Assembly: GCA_963827275.1 (NCBI GenBank)
Contig: CAWHAA010000007.1
Location: forward strand, 256,001 to 320,000
Length of the DNA: 64,000 bases
Direction of reading: 5' to 3'
From: an uncultured Spirochaetota bacterium
Lineage (GTDB): Bacteria; Spirochaetota; UBA4802; UBA5550
The notes under the pieces are model-generated. The model ran no database searches, had not been told where the DNA came from, and saw nothing but the letters and a program-made list of their open reading frames with translations. Below, piece after piece: positions 52,970-64,000 of this stretch (positions are counted from its first letter, which is position 1; every line of letters starts with the position of its first letter). Both the position numbers and the translations under genes were made by a program.

Positions 52970-55643
52970 TTATTTTGAATTTAGCGGTTCGTCTCGATAA
53001 ATCCAGCCCCTGCGTCGCATCCACTTCTCGATTTCCACCACAAAGAACACGACCGAAGAAAGCGCCAGACAAAACAGCAGTTCATTGCGGCTTAAGGCTT
53101 CGGTCTTGAAGATGGGCTGCAAGACTGGCACATAAAGCACCGCCATCTGCATACCAAAAGTCAACAGCACAGCGCCCAGGAGCGGCTTATTGGAAAACAG
53201 CCCCTGACTAAAGAGAGATTCCCGTTCCGACCGGATCGCCAAGACATGCCCCATCTGTGATAAAGTCAGCACGGTGAACACCATGCTCTGCCAGTGAGTG
53301 GAACCGGTGAAATAAGCCCAGCCTTGGGAAAACAAAGAGACTCCACCCATCAGGAGGCCGATCCACAGGATGTGCTGCCACATACCTTGGGCAAAAATAC
53401 TTTCCTGGGGTGGGCGAGGCGGGCGTTGCATGACGCCATGCTCTTCCGGTTCGACGGCCAAAGCCAGACCCGGCAAGACCATCGGTGACCAGATTGATCC
53501 AGAGAATGTGGATGGGCAGCAAAGGGATCGGCAATCCCAAAAAGGGTGCCAGAAACAGCGTCCATATCTCCGCCGAGTTACTGGTCATGGTGTATTTGAT
53601 GAATTTGCGGATATTGTCAAAAATCCGCCGTCCTTCCCGCACTGAAGTCACGATGGTCGCGAAATTATCATCCAGCAACACCATGTGTGACGCTTCTCTT
53701 GCCACGTCCGTGCCGATTTTTCCCATGGCGATGCCGATATTGGCGGAGCTGAGCGCCGGCGCATCGTTGACGCCGTCCCCGGTCATCGCCACAAATTCTC
53801 CCTGGTCCTGCAGTGCCTTGACGATCATGATCTTCTGCTCCGGTGCGACCCGAGCATAAACACGCACTTCTTCGACCTGTTTCTTGAACTCTTCAAGACT
53901 CATGTCGCGCCAGTTCCGGCCCCGTCAGCACCTTGCTGCCGGCATCGGCAATACCAACCCGCATGGCAATAGCCCGGGCGGTTGCCGGGTGATCGCCGGT
54001 GATCATGACCGGTTTAATACCGGCGCTCTTGCACAGTTCCACCGACTTCCCTGGCCTCCGGCCTGGGCGGGTCCATGAGCCCTACCAAACCCAGAAAGCA
54101 CAGTTCGCTTTCGATCACGTCGGCAGTCAGCGTTTGTGGGTCGCTCAGGGAATTGACGGTAGGCCAGAGCCAGCACGCGCAGTCCATCGGCGGCCATTTG
54201 ATCTGGCGACCGCCAGTATCTTCTTGCTTTCTAAGGGTTGTGTGGCGGTCGCCGGCCCATAGACTGACGCAACGCGGCAGCAGAGCCTCGGGCGCGCCTT
54301 TGGCGTAAGCGATGAACACGCCATTTTCCTGATGAAGCGTGGTCATGAGCTTACGCTCGGAGTCGAAAGGGATTTCATCCAGCCGAGGCGCTTTTTTGGC
54401 AAGCTCCGTGCCTTCGTAGCCCGCGCTTCCGGCCGCTTCGTACAAGGCGATCTCGGTTGGATCGCCCAGCAATTGACCGTTCTGGTCGCGGCGGGCATCA
54501 TTGTTCAGGGCGAGCGCCCGCAACAGCCGGGGCGGAAAGTCAGGGGTGATGCCTTCCTTTAAGAGACCGTCGACATAAAACATTTCGGCGTGCATGCGGT
54601 TTTGCGTCAGCGTGCCGGTCTTGTCCGAGCAGATAAAGGTCACCGAGCCCAAGGTTTCCACTGCGGGCAGGCGCCGGATCAGGGCGTTCTTCTTGACCAT
54701 CCTGCGTGCGCCCAAAGCCAGGGAAACCGTGGCTACGGCAGGCAGAGCCTCGGGGATGGCGGCCACGGCCAGGCTGATGGCGGTCATAAACATCAATAGG
54801 GGCGGTTCACCACGCAGCACGCCGACCACGAAAAGGATGGCGCAGATGGCTAAAACCAATAAAGCCAAACGCTGGCCGAAACGTGGCCAGGCGCTGTTGC
54901 AACGGGGTCTTGCTTTCTTTTTCCTGGCGCAGGAGTTCGGCGATTTTACCGAGTTCAGTGTCCATCCCCGTGGCAATGACCACGCCGACGCCACGGCCAT
55001 AGGTTGCGATAGTCCCTTTGTAAGCCATGTTGCGCCGGTCGCCGAGTGGCGAATCCAGCTCCCGTATGAGAGCCCCCGACTTTTCGACCGGCAGGGATTC
55101 GCCGGTTAGCGCGGCTTCCTCCACCTTCAGGCGTGTGACATCCAACAGTTTCAAATCGGCCGGAACGACATTGCCGGCCTCGAGCATGACCAGATCGCCG
55201 GGGACCAGCTTCTGCGCCGCTATGGTTTGGATTTTTCCCTCCCGTAACACCTGTGCGGTAGGACTGGCCAGCCGCTTGAGCGCAGCCACTGCCCTTTCCG
55301 CACGGTATTCCTGGACAAAACCAATGATGGCGTTCAATACGACGATCACGATGATGGCAATCTCATCCGTCACATCGCCGATTAACCCCGATACAATGGC
55401 AGCCATGATCAGCACGATGATCATGAAATCGGCGAATTGCCCGAAAAACATCCGAATGGGTCCTCGCCGTTGCTGCTCCCGGATGGCGTTCGGTCCGTGG
55501 GCCGAGAGTCGATCTTCCACTTCCTCGCGGCTCAAGCCTTTTTCAGGATCGACCTTGAGCCACGCGGTCGTCTGCCAAGGCTCCAGGAGATGCCATGGCG
55601 GCGTGGAAAGTTGGCTTTTAGGGGGCTTTTGTCGTTTTGTCAT
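52970..55643 (-). pseudogene. Type II cation-transporting P-type ATPase (~890 aa) with at least five frameshifts (sequence error or decay)
   Basis: [34 protein letters not shown] and WINLVTD are spread over consecutive ORFs in different frames. Confidence 0.88.
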
Positions 55644-55961
55644 GGCTTGAACTCGTGAAAAATGGACACTGCTGGAATCTTATAAGATATAAACGCATAG
55701 AGTCAATGCAACACGGCTTAAAAAATTACAGGGTATCAGTTTGCGTCTACTAGAACAAAACAGAGGCTATTCAGTAAAAACATTTAACAGGTTAACGCAT
55801 GAAAAAGGTTAATATATCAAAGTGGTGAATAAAAAATTACCTGGGTGAGATAGCCATAAATGGGGGTAATAATACATCCATCATCGCGTTAGACCCTATC
55901 ATTCAGCTTACTCTAAATATGAGTGCAATGTCTCAATTGTTACTGGAATTACACCTGAAAT

Positions 55962-57284
55962 ATGAATAATCTTTTCCTGATTATTGTCGCGATAGTGCTG
56001 GTTGCGCTCAATGGCTTTTTTGTGGCGGCAGAATTTGGTCTCGTCAAACTGCGGCAGACACGGATTCGCGAGATTGCCAAGACAAAAGGCTGGCGCGGCC
56101 GCATCCTGGCGAAAGTACACGCAAAACTCGATGCCTATTTATCCGCTTGCCAGTTGGGTATTACGCTGGCTTCACTGGGCTTGGGCTGGGTCGGGGAACC
56201 TGCCTTCGCCGGCCTGCTGGAGCCCGTATTTGTCAGGTTTGGGGTGACCTCGCCGGAATTGGTACACGGCATTTCCTTCGCGTTCGCTTTTACTATCATC
56301 TCGTTTCTGCATATTGTCGTCGGTGAGCTGGCGCCGAAATCCATGGCGATTCGTAATCCTGAACGGATCGGGTTAATGAGCGCCGCGCCCCTCTATGGTT
56401 TTTATTGGCTGATGTACCCCGCCATCTGGTTGCTCAACTCCAGCGCCAACCTGGTCCTGAGGGTATGTGGTTTGGGCAATGTCCATAGTCACGATGCGCA
56501 TTATTCCGCCGATGAACTCAAACTGATTTTGCGCGGCAAGGACCAGGATGACCGGTTTACCCGCGATGAATGGAATATCCTGGCAAAATCGCTCGATTTC
56601 AGCGAACTGGAAGTGTCCGACCTGATGCGCCCAATCCAGGAAATTACCGCGTTGCACCGCTCCCTGTCTTTGCAGGCAAACCTGAAAACGGTCTACGCCA
56701 AACGCTTCAGCCGTTATCCTTATTTCGACACCAACGGTATTGATGTGCTGGGGGTGATCCATTTGAAGGATTTGTTTTTTGCCCAGCAGGAAGGCAGGGC
56801 CATTGAAGATTTGCATAAATACCTGCGGCCGATCCAGTATATTTCACCGGATACCCCCGCACTGGAACTATTCCGTCATTTTCGTATGGGCGCCGCGCAT
56901 TTTGCCGTCATCGGACAAAAAGGGCAAAAGCCGGAAGGCTTCATCACGCTGGATAATTTATTAAGCGCCATGGTCGGCGAGATACGCGACGAGTTCCGTC
57001 AAAACATCAATGACTGGTCCCGGCTCGATGACGGTACGTTGCTGGTCAAAGGCAGTCTGCCGATATTCTCGCTGGAACGGATACTGGGAATCGATATTGA
57101 AAACGAAGAACTCGAATTGGAAGACGAGGTCTCAATCGGCGGGCTGATCATGTCGAAGCTACAGGATATTCCCGTAGAAGGCCAGAAAATAGAATTCAAT
57201 CAATTCGATATCATCGTCAAAAAAATGAATGGTCCACGAACTCTCTTTGTTCAAGTTTACCCTGATAAAATCAGCGATTTTTAA
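55962..57284 (+). CDS. CNNM/CorB (TlyC, hemolysin-family) transporter: DUF21-CBS-CorC
   Basis: NGFFVAAEF, QLGITLASL.LGW.GE, GELAPK, FSRYP, GEIRDE. Confidence 0.92.
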   Translation: MNNLFLIIVAIVLVALNGFFVAAEFGLVKLRQTRIREIAKTKGWRGRILAKVHAKLDAYLSACQLGITLASLGLGWVGEPAFAGLLEPVFVRFGVTSPELVHGISFAFAFTIISFLHIVVGELAPKSMAIRNPERIGLMSAAPLYGFYWLMYPAIWLLNSSANLVLRVCGLGNVHSHDAHYSADELKLILRGKDQDDRFTRDEWNILAKSLDFSELEVSDLMRPIQEITALHRSLSLQANLKTVYAKRFSRYPYFDTNGIDVLGVIHLKDLFFAQQEGRAIEDLHKYLRPIQYISPDTPALELFRHFRMGAAHFAVIGQKGQKPEGFITLDNLLSAMVGEIRDEFRQNINDWSRLDDGTLLVKGSLPIFSLERILGIDIENEELELEDEVSIGGLIMSKLQDIPVEGQKIEFNQFDIIVKKMNGPRTLFVQVYPDKISDF

Positions 57285-57396
57285 AAGCGTACCACATTCT
57301 TTGTCTCAGTAGGCTGAATAGCTTATGGCTTAGGATGGCTTGCGCTGAACGTATAAGCTAAACTAGATCGACTTATCATTTTATTGGAGTGCGCTC

Positions 57397-58770
57397 ATGA
57401 CGCAAACGTATCGCGTGGAAGCGCTTGCATTACATCAAGTAGGCGTATTCGACGAAGTTTCTATCGAATTTAAGCCCATAGTATCCACGGAACGGGATGC
57501 CGAGAAAGCGGAAATTCATTTGTTTACCGGGCCGAACGGCTGTGGAAAAAGTACCTTGTTGTATGCGCTGGCGGAGATTTTTGACGCATACAATAGCAAT
57601 AGTCTTATTCTCCGCAGGTTTCGCGGTCCGGAAAGTTCTGTGGATTTCCTTTTCAGAGGGCAAGCGGGCAAATATGGTGTGCGACATTCAAATTTAGTAA
57701 GTCCAAGTTCAAACCGCTATGGAAATTTTTTGATCGCCAATTACGAACCATCAAATGGTCGTTTTTTTGGTTACGGCAAAAAGAGTTTTGAAGAAAACGG
57801 GTTAAGTTTATGGAAGCAAAATACGGATATTTCTAATCCATACAATCTCCATCCCATGACTCGCTTCAAGTATGCCGCCTTTGCCTATTCCGGCCAAAGG
57901 ACACTACGCGACACACCGCTGTACGCAATCCAGCAAATCACCACCTCGCCTTTTGACGCCGCGCTGTCTTTCGACGGCAGTATCCGGCCCCAGATTTTAT
58001 TGCAATGGATAGCCAACAATCGTACCCAATCCGCCCTGGCAAAAGCGGACAAGGATGACAAAGCCGCCCAGACCTACGATCTGGCGCTGAACAGAATCAC
58101 CACATTAATTCGCGACATTTGCGACCTGGAACTGGAATTTCGCCTGGAACGCTCGCCGCTGGCGGTGACCGTGCGAGTGAATGGTGACACGCTCCATTTC
58201 GACAGCCTGCCCGTCGGTTTAAAATCCATTATCAGCTGGGTAGCGGATTTGTCGCTACGTCTGGAAGCCATTCCCTGGCAGGAAGAGCGTGACATTTTTT
58301 CCCAGAACATTATTTTGCTGCTGGATGAGGTGGATATTCATCTGCATCCCAAATGGCAACGGCGGATTTTACCCGCGATTCAAACCCTGTTGCCCAACGC
58401 CCAGATTTTTGTATCGACGCATTCGCCGTTTGTCGTGGGATCGGTGGAAGATGCCTGGATTTATCGCTTGCCGGAACCGGCTCAGGGTAACGGCATTATC
58501 GAAGGTATACCGTCAGGTGCCGGAAAAAGTTACCGGCTTATTCTGGATGAAATCTTTGGTGTCGATGAGGAATTTGATGTCGAGACCGAAGCACTATTCG
58601 ATAAATTCTACCAGCTTAGAGAACTATTCATGAAGGATCAGCAATCGCCGGAAGTCTTGCTGGAAACTGCCGCCAAGCTGTCTGCACGTGGCGATGAGGC
58701 AGCCCAGATCGTCAGCCGAGAACTGCGCCAAATTGCCAGGGTGACCGGACAGGAGCTGAATCTTGCGTAA
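57397..58770 (+). CDS. ABC/AAA_21-type ATPase, PtuA-like
   Basis: Walker A GPNGCGKST; LLLDEVDIHLHPKWQ; STHSP. Confidence 0.85.
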   Translation: MTQTYRVEALALHQVGVFDEVSIEFKPIVSTERDAEKAEIHLFTGPNGCGKSTLLYALAEIFDAYNSNSLILRRFRGPESSVDFLFRGQAGKYGVRHSNLVSPSSNRYGNFLIANYEPSNGRFFGYGKKSFEENGLSLWKQNTDISNPYNLHPMTRFKYAAFAYSGQRTLRDTPLYAIQQITTSPFDAALSFDGSIRPQILLQWIANNRTQSALAKADKDDKAAQTYDLALNRITTLIRDICDLELEFRLERSPLAVTVRVNGDTLHFDSLPVGLKSIISWVADLSLRLEAIPWQEERDIFSQNIILLLDEVDIHLHPKWQRRILPAIQTLLPNAQIFVSTHSPFVVGSVEDAWIYRLPEPAQGNGIIEGIPSGAGKSYRLILDEIFGVDEEFDVETEALFDKFYQLRELFMKDQQSPEVLLETAAKLSARGDEAAQIVSRELRQIARVTGQELNLA

Positions 58771-59131
58771 ACTCGATAGGTGCTCGCAACCGGACTGTTT
58801 GGAAACCAATGCCGTTAAATGGACGGAAGCCTTCGTTACAACTCGTCAGCAAAATCCCAAGCATCGATTTAGTTGGCCCAAGCCGGACTGCTATAAAGCG
58901 GTTCGAAAACACTTATCGGAGATGAACCAGGCTCATTGCGCTTTCTGCGATGGACAAATAGGCACTGAAAGCAGGGAAACAGTTGAACATTTTCGTCCAA
59001 AAAGCCGGTTTCCAGGTTTTGCGTATCTATGGGATAACTTGTTTCCTTGTTGCGATATGTGTCAATCGCAAAAACGTGAACAGTTTGATGACTATAACTA
59101 CCGTTTTTTCCTGGACGATAACCAAGCATGA
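58763..59131 (+). CDS. HNH endonuclease, PtuB-like, short (122 aa)
   Basis: CAFCD..VEHFRPKS..WDNLFPCCDMCQ..K; TTG start overlaps the ATPase end. Confidence 0.78.
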   Translation: MRKLDRCSQPDCLETNAVKWTEAFVTTRQQNPKHRFSWPKPDCYKAVRKHLSEMNQAHCAFCDGQIGTESRETVEHFRPKSRFPGFAYLWDNLFPCCDMCQSQKREQFDDYNYRFFLDDNQA

Positions 59132-59144
59132 AACCGGACGACTG

Positions 59145-60380
59145 ATGACGCAAGGAGAAAACGAAGAAGAAAGTAGAGGGCGATTCCGCTGGAAAACAGG
59201 GATAGCAATCATCCTGTCGCTTGCGGTAGCGGTCTATTTAATCAAGCTGATCAGTCCTCAGCCGGAAGACGATCATAAAAAACCGGAAAAATTCGCCGAT
59301 TCTGTTGTCGCGGTTGCCGCTGTTGCTGCGACGCAGGGCGATTTCCCGGTTTACCTGACCGGTTTGGGAACCGTTACTGCGCTGCGCACGGTCACGGTAA
59401 GATCACGGGTTGACGGGGAACTTATCCGTATCGCTTTCAAGGAAGGTCAAATGGTGCAGCAGGGCGATCTCCTGGCTGAAATCGACCCGCGCGCCTTCCA
59501 GGTACAGCTTATGCAAGCCGAAGGCCAGTTGCTCCGGGATGAAGCGCTGTTGAAAAACGCCCAGACTGACCTGATTCGCTACAAAACCCTGCTGGCGCAG
59601 GATTCCATCGCGGCACAAGAGAGCGTGACCCAGGAATCACTGGTCAATCAATATAAGGGGACTGTAGCAATAGATCGTGGACTGGTTGCAAACGCCAAGC
59701 TCCAATTGAGCTATACGCGCATCACGGCGCCGATTTCCGGGCGTCTGGGCTTACGCCTGGTCGATCAAGGCAATATGGTGAAGGCTTCCGATGCCAACGG
59801 CCTCGTCGTCATCACGCAAATTCAGCCTATTGCGGTGGTGTTTACCTTGCCCGAGGATGATTTACAGGCCGTGATGAAGCCGTTTCGTTCCGGTAAGGGC
59901 CTGACACTTGACGCGTATGACCGTAGAGGCGAGGTCAAGCTTGCCGAGGGGCAACTGGTGGCGGTGGACAATCAAATTGACACCAGTACCGGAACCGTCA
60001 AGCTTAAAGGCCAGTTTGCCAATGAAGACGGCGCTTTGTTTGCAAACCAGTTTGTTAATATCAAGATGCTGATGGATACTCTGCGTTCGGTAACGGTCAT
60101 ACCCACCGCAGCCATTCAAAGAGGGACAACGGGGCCTTTCGTTTATGTGGTCAAGGCCGATCAGACGGTGAGCGTGCATCCGGTGACTGTAGGCCCGGCG
60201 GCGGATGAACAGGTTGTTGTGCTGGCAGGTCTCCTACCTGATGAAGTGGTCGTAGTGGATGGTGCCGACAAGCTGCGTGAAGGGATGAAGGTTAAGCTGA
60301 TCACTCGAGAATCAGCGGCTTCTTCTGGAGAAGCGCTCTCCCAGCAGAGCAATAAAATCCATCAGGACAAGAACCAATAA
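59145..60380 (+). CDS. mdtA: RND efflux membrane-fusion protein MdtA
   Basis: GLGTVT..TVRSRVDG, APISGR.GLR.VD.GN, DNQID..TGT.KLK..F.N; start chosen at ATG 59145. Confidence 0.9.
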   Translation: MTQGENEEESRGRFRWKTGIAIILSLAVAVYLIKLISPQPEDDHKKPEKFADSVVAVAAVAATQGDFPVYLTGLGTVTALRTVTVRSRVDGELIRIAFKEGQMVQQGDLLAEIDPRAFQVQLMQAEGQLLRDEALLKNAQTDLIRYKTLLAQDSIAAQESVTQESLVNQYKGTVAIDRGLVANAKLQLSYTRITAPISGRLGLRLVDQGNMVKASDANGLVVITQIQPIAVVFTLPEDDLQAVMKPFRSGKGLTLDAYDRRGEVKLAEGQLVAVDNQIDTSTGTVKLKGQFANEDGALFANQFVNIKMLMDTLRSVTVIPTAAIQRGTTGPFVYVVKADQTVSVHPVTVGPAADEQVVVLAGLLPDEVVVVDGADKLREGMKVKLITRESAASSGEALSQQSNKIHQDKNQ

Positions 60381-60397
60381 CCCTGGAAAAGCAGTTG

Positions 60398-60799
60398 GTC
60401 CACGAAAAACACAAAAAGCACGCTTATATTCAAAGGGATGCCGAGTTGAAGATCGTACTCCGAAGGGTCATCGCCATTAAGTTAAGAAAAACAGCGTCAT
60501 CTCGGCAGGGATTGCCGAGATCCAGAAGCCAAGGAGGGTAATCTACGAACATATCCTCGTGTGCTGGATTCCGGCACAAATCTGTCTGGAACAGATTTGC
60601 ATTAACCTAACGATCATGAAGATGCTTTCATCACCCAGAAAAATAAAAGTCAGTTGTGGGAGCGACGCCTACGTCGCGACTAAAGGTGTTCGCGCTAGTC
60701 GCGATGTAGGCGTCGCTCCCACGAAATGTGTTAACGACTTTTATGGTAAATCATTGACAGATGTTGACTTTTTTCGTGTCTTTCGTGATTTTCGTGGAT
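60398..60799. repeat. Intergenic cluster of nested palindromic (REP/REPIN/MITE-like) elements
   Basis: Outer imperfect IR TCCACGAAAA.. / ..TTTTCGTGGA; ATCTCGGCA-ggga-TTGCCGAGAT hairpin near 60499-60521; 27-bp IR 60656-60682 / 60696-60722. Confidence 0.7.
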
Positions 60800-60816
60800 A
60801 ATCCGGCGCATTTTCG

Positions 60817-63800
60817 ATGAATCCTTCCCGCCTGTTCATTCTGCGTCCGGTCGCTACCTCCCTGTTAATGCTGGCGCTGTTGCTGGTCGGCATCGTCGCC
60901 TACCGTGAACTGCCGGTTTCAGCCTTGCCCCAGGTTGACTACCCGACGATTCAGGTGGCTACCCTCTATCCCGGCGCCAGCCAGGAAGTCATGACGTCGT
61001 TGATCACCGCGCCCCTGGAGCGCCAACTCGGCCAGCTGCCCGGTTTAAACCAGATGTCCTCTTCCAGTTCGGGCGGCGCGTCGGTGATTACGCTTCAGTT
61101 CAACCTGAGCTTGAGTCTCGATATTGCCGAACAGGAAGTGCAGGCGGCCATCAACGCCGCCAACAATTACCTGCCCAACGATCTGCCGATGCCGCCGATC
61201 TACAGCAAAATCAACCCTGCCGATGCCCCGGTCCTGACCCTCGCAATCAGTTCGAAGACACTGCCTTTGCCCAAGGTCGAAGACCTGGTGGATACCCGAT
61301 TGGCGCAAAAACTGTCGCAATTGTCAGGCGTGGGTCTGGTCACTATCAGCGGCGGTCAACGGCCGGCCATCCGCATCCAGGCCAATCCGAGCGGCACTGG
61401 CGGCTTACGGTTTAAGTCTGGAAGATCTGCGCACAGCGATAGCCGACGCCAATGTCAATCAGCCGAAAGGCATGTTCGATGGCCCCACCCGCGCGGCGAT
61501 TATCGACGCCAATGACCAGCTTCGCTCAGCCGCGGAGTACCAGGCGCTTATCGTCGCCTACCGTAATGGCAGTCCGGTGCGCCTGGCGGATGTCGCCGAG
61601 GCCAGGGACGATGCCGAGAACGTGAGACTCGCTGCCTGGGCGAATGGGACAGCGGCCGTGATTGTCAATATTCAGCGGCAGCCGGGCACCAATGTGATCG
61701 ACGTTGTCGACCGCATCAAGCACCTGCTGCCCAAGTTGCAGGAAGCGTTGCCAAACGATCTTGATGTGGCCGTGTTGACGGATCGCACGATGTACGATCC
61801 GCGCCTCGGTGCGAGACGTGCAAACCGAGCTCTTGACCGCGCTGGCGCTCGTGGTGCTGGTTATTTTCCTGTTTCTGCGCAATGTGTTTGCGACCGCTAT
61901 TCCGGGCATTGTCGTGCCGCTGTCGCTGGTGGGTACCTTCGCGGTCATGTACCTGGCAGGGTTCAGCATCAACAACCTGACCCTGATGGCGCTGACCATT
62001 GCCGCTGGCTTCGTGGTCGATGATGCCATCGTCGTGATCGAAAATATCAGCCGCTATCTCGAACAGGGCGAATCCCCTTTGAATGCGGCGCTCAAGGGCT
62101 CGGAACAAATTGCCTTCACCATTATCTCGCTGACGTTCTCACTGGTGGCCGTGCTGATCCCGTTATTATTCATGGGGGACGTGGTCGGGCGCTTGTTCCG
62201 CGAATTTGCCATCACCCTGGCCGTGGCCATTCTTATCTCCGCCGTCATTTCACTGACCCTGACGCCGATGATGTGCGCGAAAATGCTGCGTCCGCTTTCC
62301 GAACAGCGAAAAGGCCGGTTTTATCTCGCCAGTGGACGGTTTTTCGACAGGGTCACCAACGGCTACGGCAAGATGCTCGACCGCGTTCTGGAGCATCAGC
62401 AAGCAACGCTGTGGGTGGCAGTGATGACTCTGGCGCTCACCGTGTTGTTGTACGTTGTCATCCCTAAAGGCTTCTTCCCGATCCAGGATACCGGCGTTAT
62501 CCAGGGTATCTCTGAAGCCTCGCAAACCATTTCCTTTGCGGCCATGTCCGAGCGGCAGCAAGCCTTGAGCAAGGTCATTCTTGAGGATCCGGCCGTCGAG
62601 AGTGTGTCTTCGATTATAGGCGTAGACGGCACCAACCCCACGCTGAATGCCGGACGCTTGATGATTACGCTGAAGCCCTTGGCCGAACGCGGTATCAATA
62701 TCACGGACGTTATTCACAGACTGAAACCCAAACTTGATCAGGTGCAAGGCATCACGTTGTACCTTCAGCCGGTGCAAGATCTCACCATTGAAAATCGCGT
62801 CAGCCGCAGCCAGTACCAATTGACGTTGGAATCCGCTGATCGTGAGGAACTGAGCCGCTGGACAACGCGTATGGTCGAGCAACTTGCAAAACAACCGCAA
62901 TTCGCTGATGTGGCCAGTGATCTTCAGGATCAGGGGCTGCAAGCGTTCGTGGCGATCGATCGCAGCACCGCAAGCCGCATGGGTATCAGCATTGCCGCAA
63001 TAGATAACGCGCTTTACAACGCGTTCGGGCAGCGGCTGGTGTCCACGATCTTTACCCAGTCCAACCAGTATCGCGTGGTACTCGAAGTGAAACCCGAATA
63101 CCGCCGGGGTCCGGATGATTTGAAAGCGATTCGGGTGGCTTCCTCGAATGGGACACAGGTGCCCTTATCGGCGATTGCCAGCGTGTCCGAACGGGTGGCC
63201 CCGCTCGTCAGCCATCATTTGGGACAATTTCCCTGCCGCCACCATTTCCTTTAACCTGGCCCCCGGCGCTTCCCTCGGTGCAGCGATTGACGCGATCGAA
63301 GAGATCAAAGGGCAGATAGACCTGCCTCCGGGCATTCAGGCCAGTTATCAGGGCGCCACGCTGGCCTTTAGCGCGTCACTGTCGGGCACGCTGTGGCTGA
63401 TTCTTGCGGCTATCGTAACGGTGTATATCGTGCTGGGAGTGCTCTATGAAAGCTATATCCATCCGGTCACGATTCTGTCGACATTGCCTTCAGCCGGTGT
63501 CGGCGCGCTGCTTGCGCTCATGCTCACAGGTAACGATCTGGGGATCATCGCCATTATCGGCATTATTCTGCTCATCGGCATCGTCAAGAAAAACGCCATC
63601 ATGATGATCGATTTCGCCCTGGATGCGGAACGCAGGCAAGGCCTGCCGGCGCGGGAGGCCATTCGCCAGGCCTGTCTGCTGCGTTTTCGCCCGATCATGA
63701 TGACGACAATGGCCGCATTGCTAAGCGCCCTGCCTTTGATGCTGGGCACGGGGGTGGGATCGGAACTGCGGCATCCTTTAGGGATTACGATGGTCGGCGG

Positions 63801-63939
63801 GTTGATTCTGAGCCAGTTGCTGACGTTGTTTACAACCCCGGTGATTTATCTGGCTTTCGACAGGCTGAGCCGGCGTCTGGCTGGGGCTCCTCATCGGGAG
63901 AGCCAATCCGGTCCTGATCCCGGCCAGGATAAGCCGTGA
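60817..63939 (+). CDS. mdtB: RND efflux permease MdtB (~1,039 aa); three +1 frameshifts (~61391, ~61793, ~63232)
   Basis: [47 protein letters not shown]; removing three bases gives 1,040 codons. Confidence 0.92.
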
Positions 63940-64000
63940 ACCTGTCGGCTTATTTTATCTACCGTCCGGTTGCGACCACGCTGCTCACCCTGGCGGTCAC
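63936..64000 (+). CDS. mdtC: Start of MdtC (runs off the window)
   Basis: GTGA overlap with the mdtB stop; [21 protein letters not shown]. Confidence 0.8.
   Translation, partial: MNLSAYFIYRPVATTLLTLAV

Noticed and set aside
57310..57365. Hairpin TAGCTTAT..ATAAGCTA upstream of the PtuA-like gene as retron msr/msd or an attC site
   Set aside because: Only an 8-bp perfect stem; no RT gene; no RYYYAAC/GTTRRRY attC ends.
1..64000. tRNA, rRNA, integrase or prophage genes
   Set aside because: None recognised by eye; a tRNAscan/Rfam run would be needed to exclude small RNAs.

Overview
The window appears to join two DNAs of different character, with an in-frame break at about 49,640. The left part (1-49,640) reads like a spirochaete (Leptospira-like lipoproteins, LipL45/FecR-type protein; taxonomy inferred by eye). 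It carries housekeeping genes (srkA, uppP, htpX, speY plus a PLP decarboxylase, class II photolyase, arfB). It also has a PhcB-like methyltransferase / 7TM histidine kinase / REC-GGDEF cassette and a ~25 kb surface-protein cluster that includes a ~4,330-aa repeat lipoprotein. A further operon encodes a wHTH-longin-like-TM-BON-OmpA protein, a Rab-like small GTPase and a PAS-PP2C phosphatase. The right part (49,640-64,000) reads like a gammaproteobacterium: two convergent P-type ATPases separated by an IS nested in a MITE-like element, a CorB/TlyC transporter, a Septu-like ATPase+HNH pair, REP-type repeats and mdtABC. Many single-base frameshifts, densest on the right, suggest long-read errors. 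The best candidates for an undescribed system are the small-GTPase operon (41.6-45.5 kb) and the PhcB-like signalling cassette (4.2-8.6 kb). All family calls come from motif recognition; no database searches were run.
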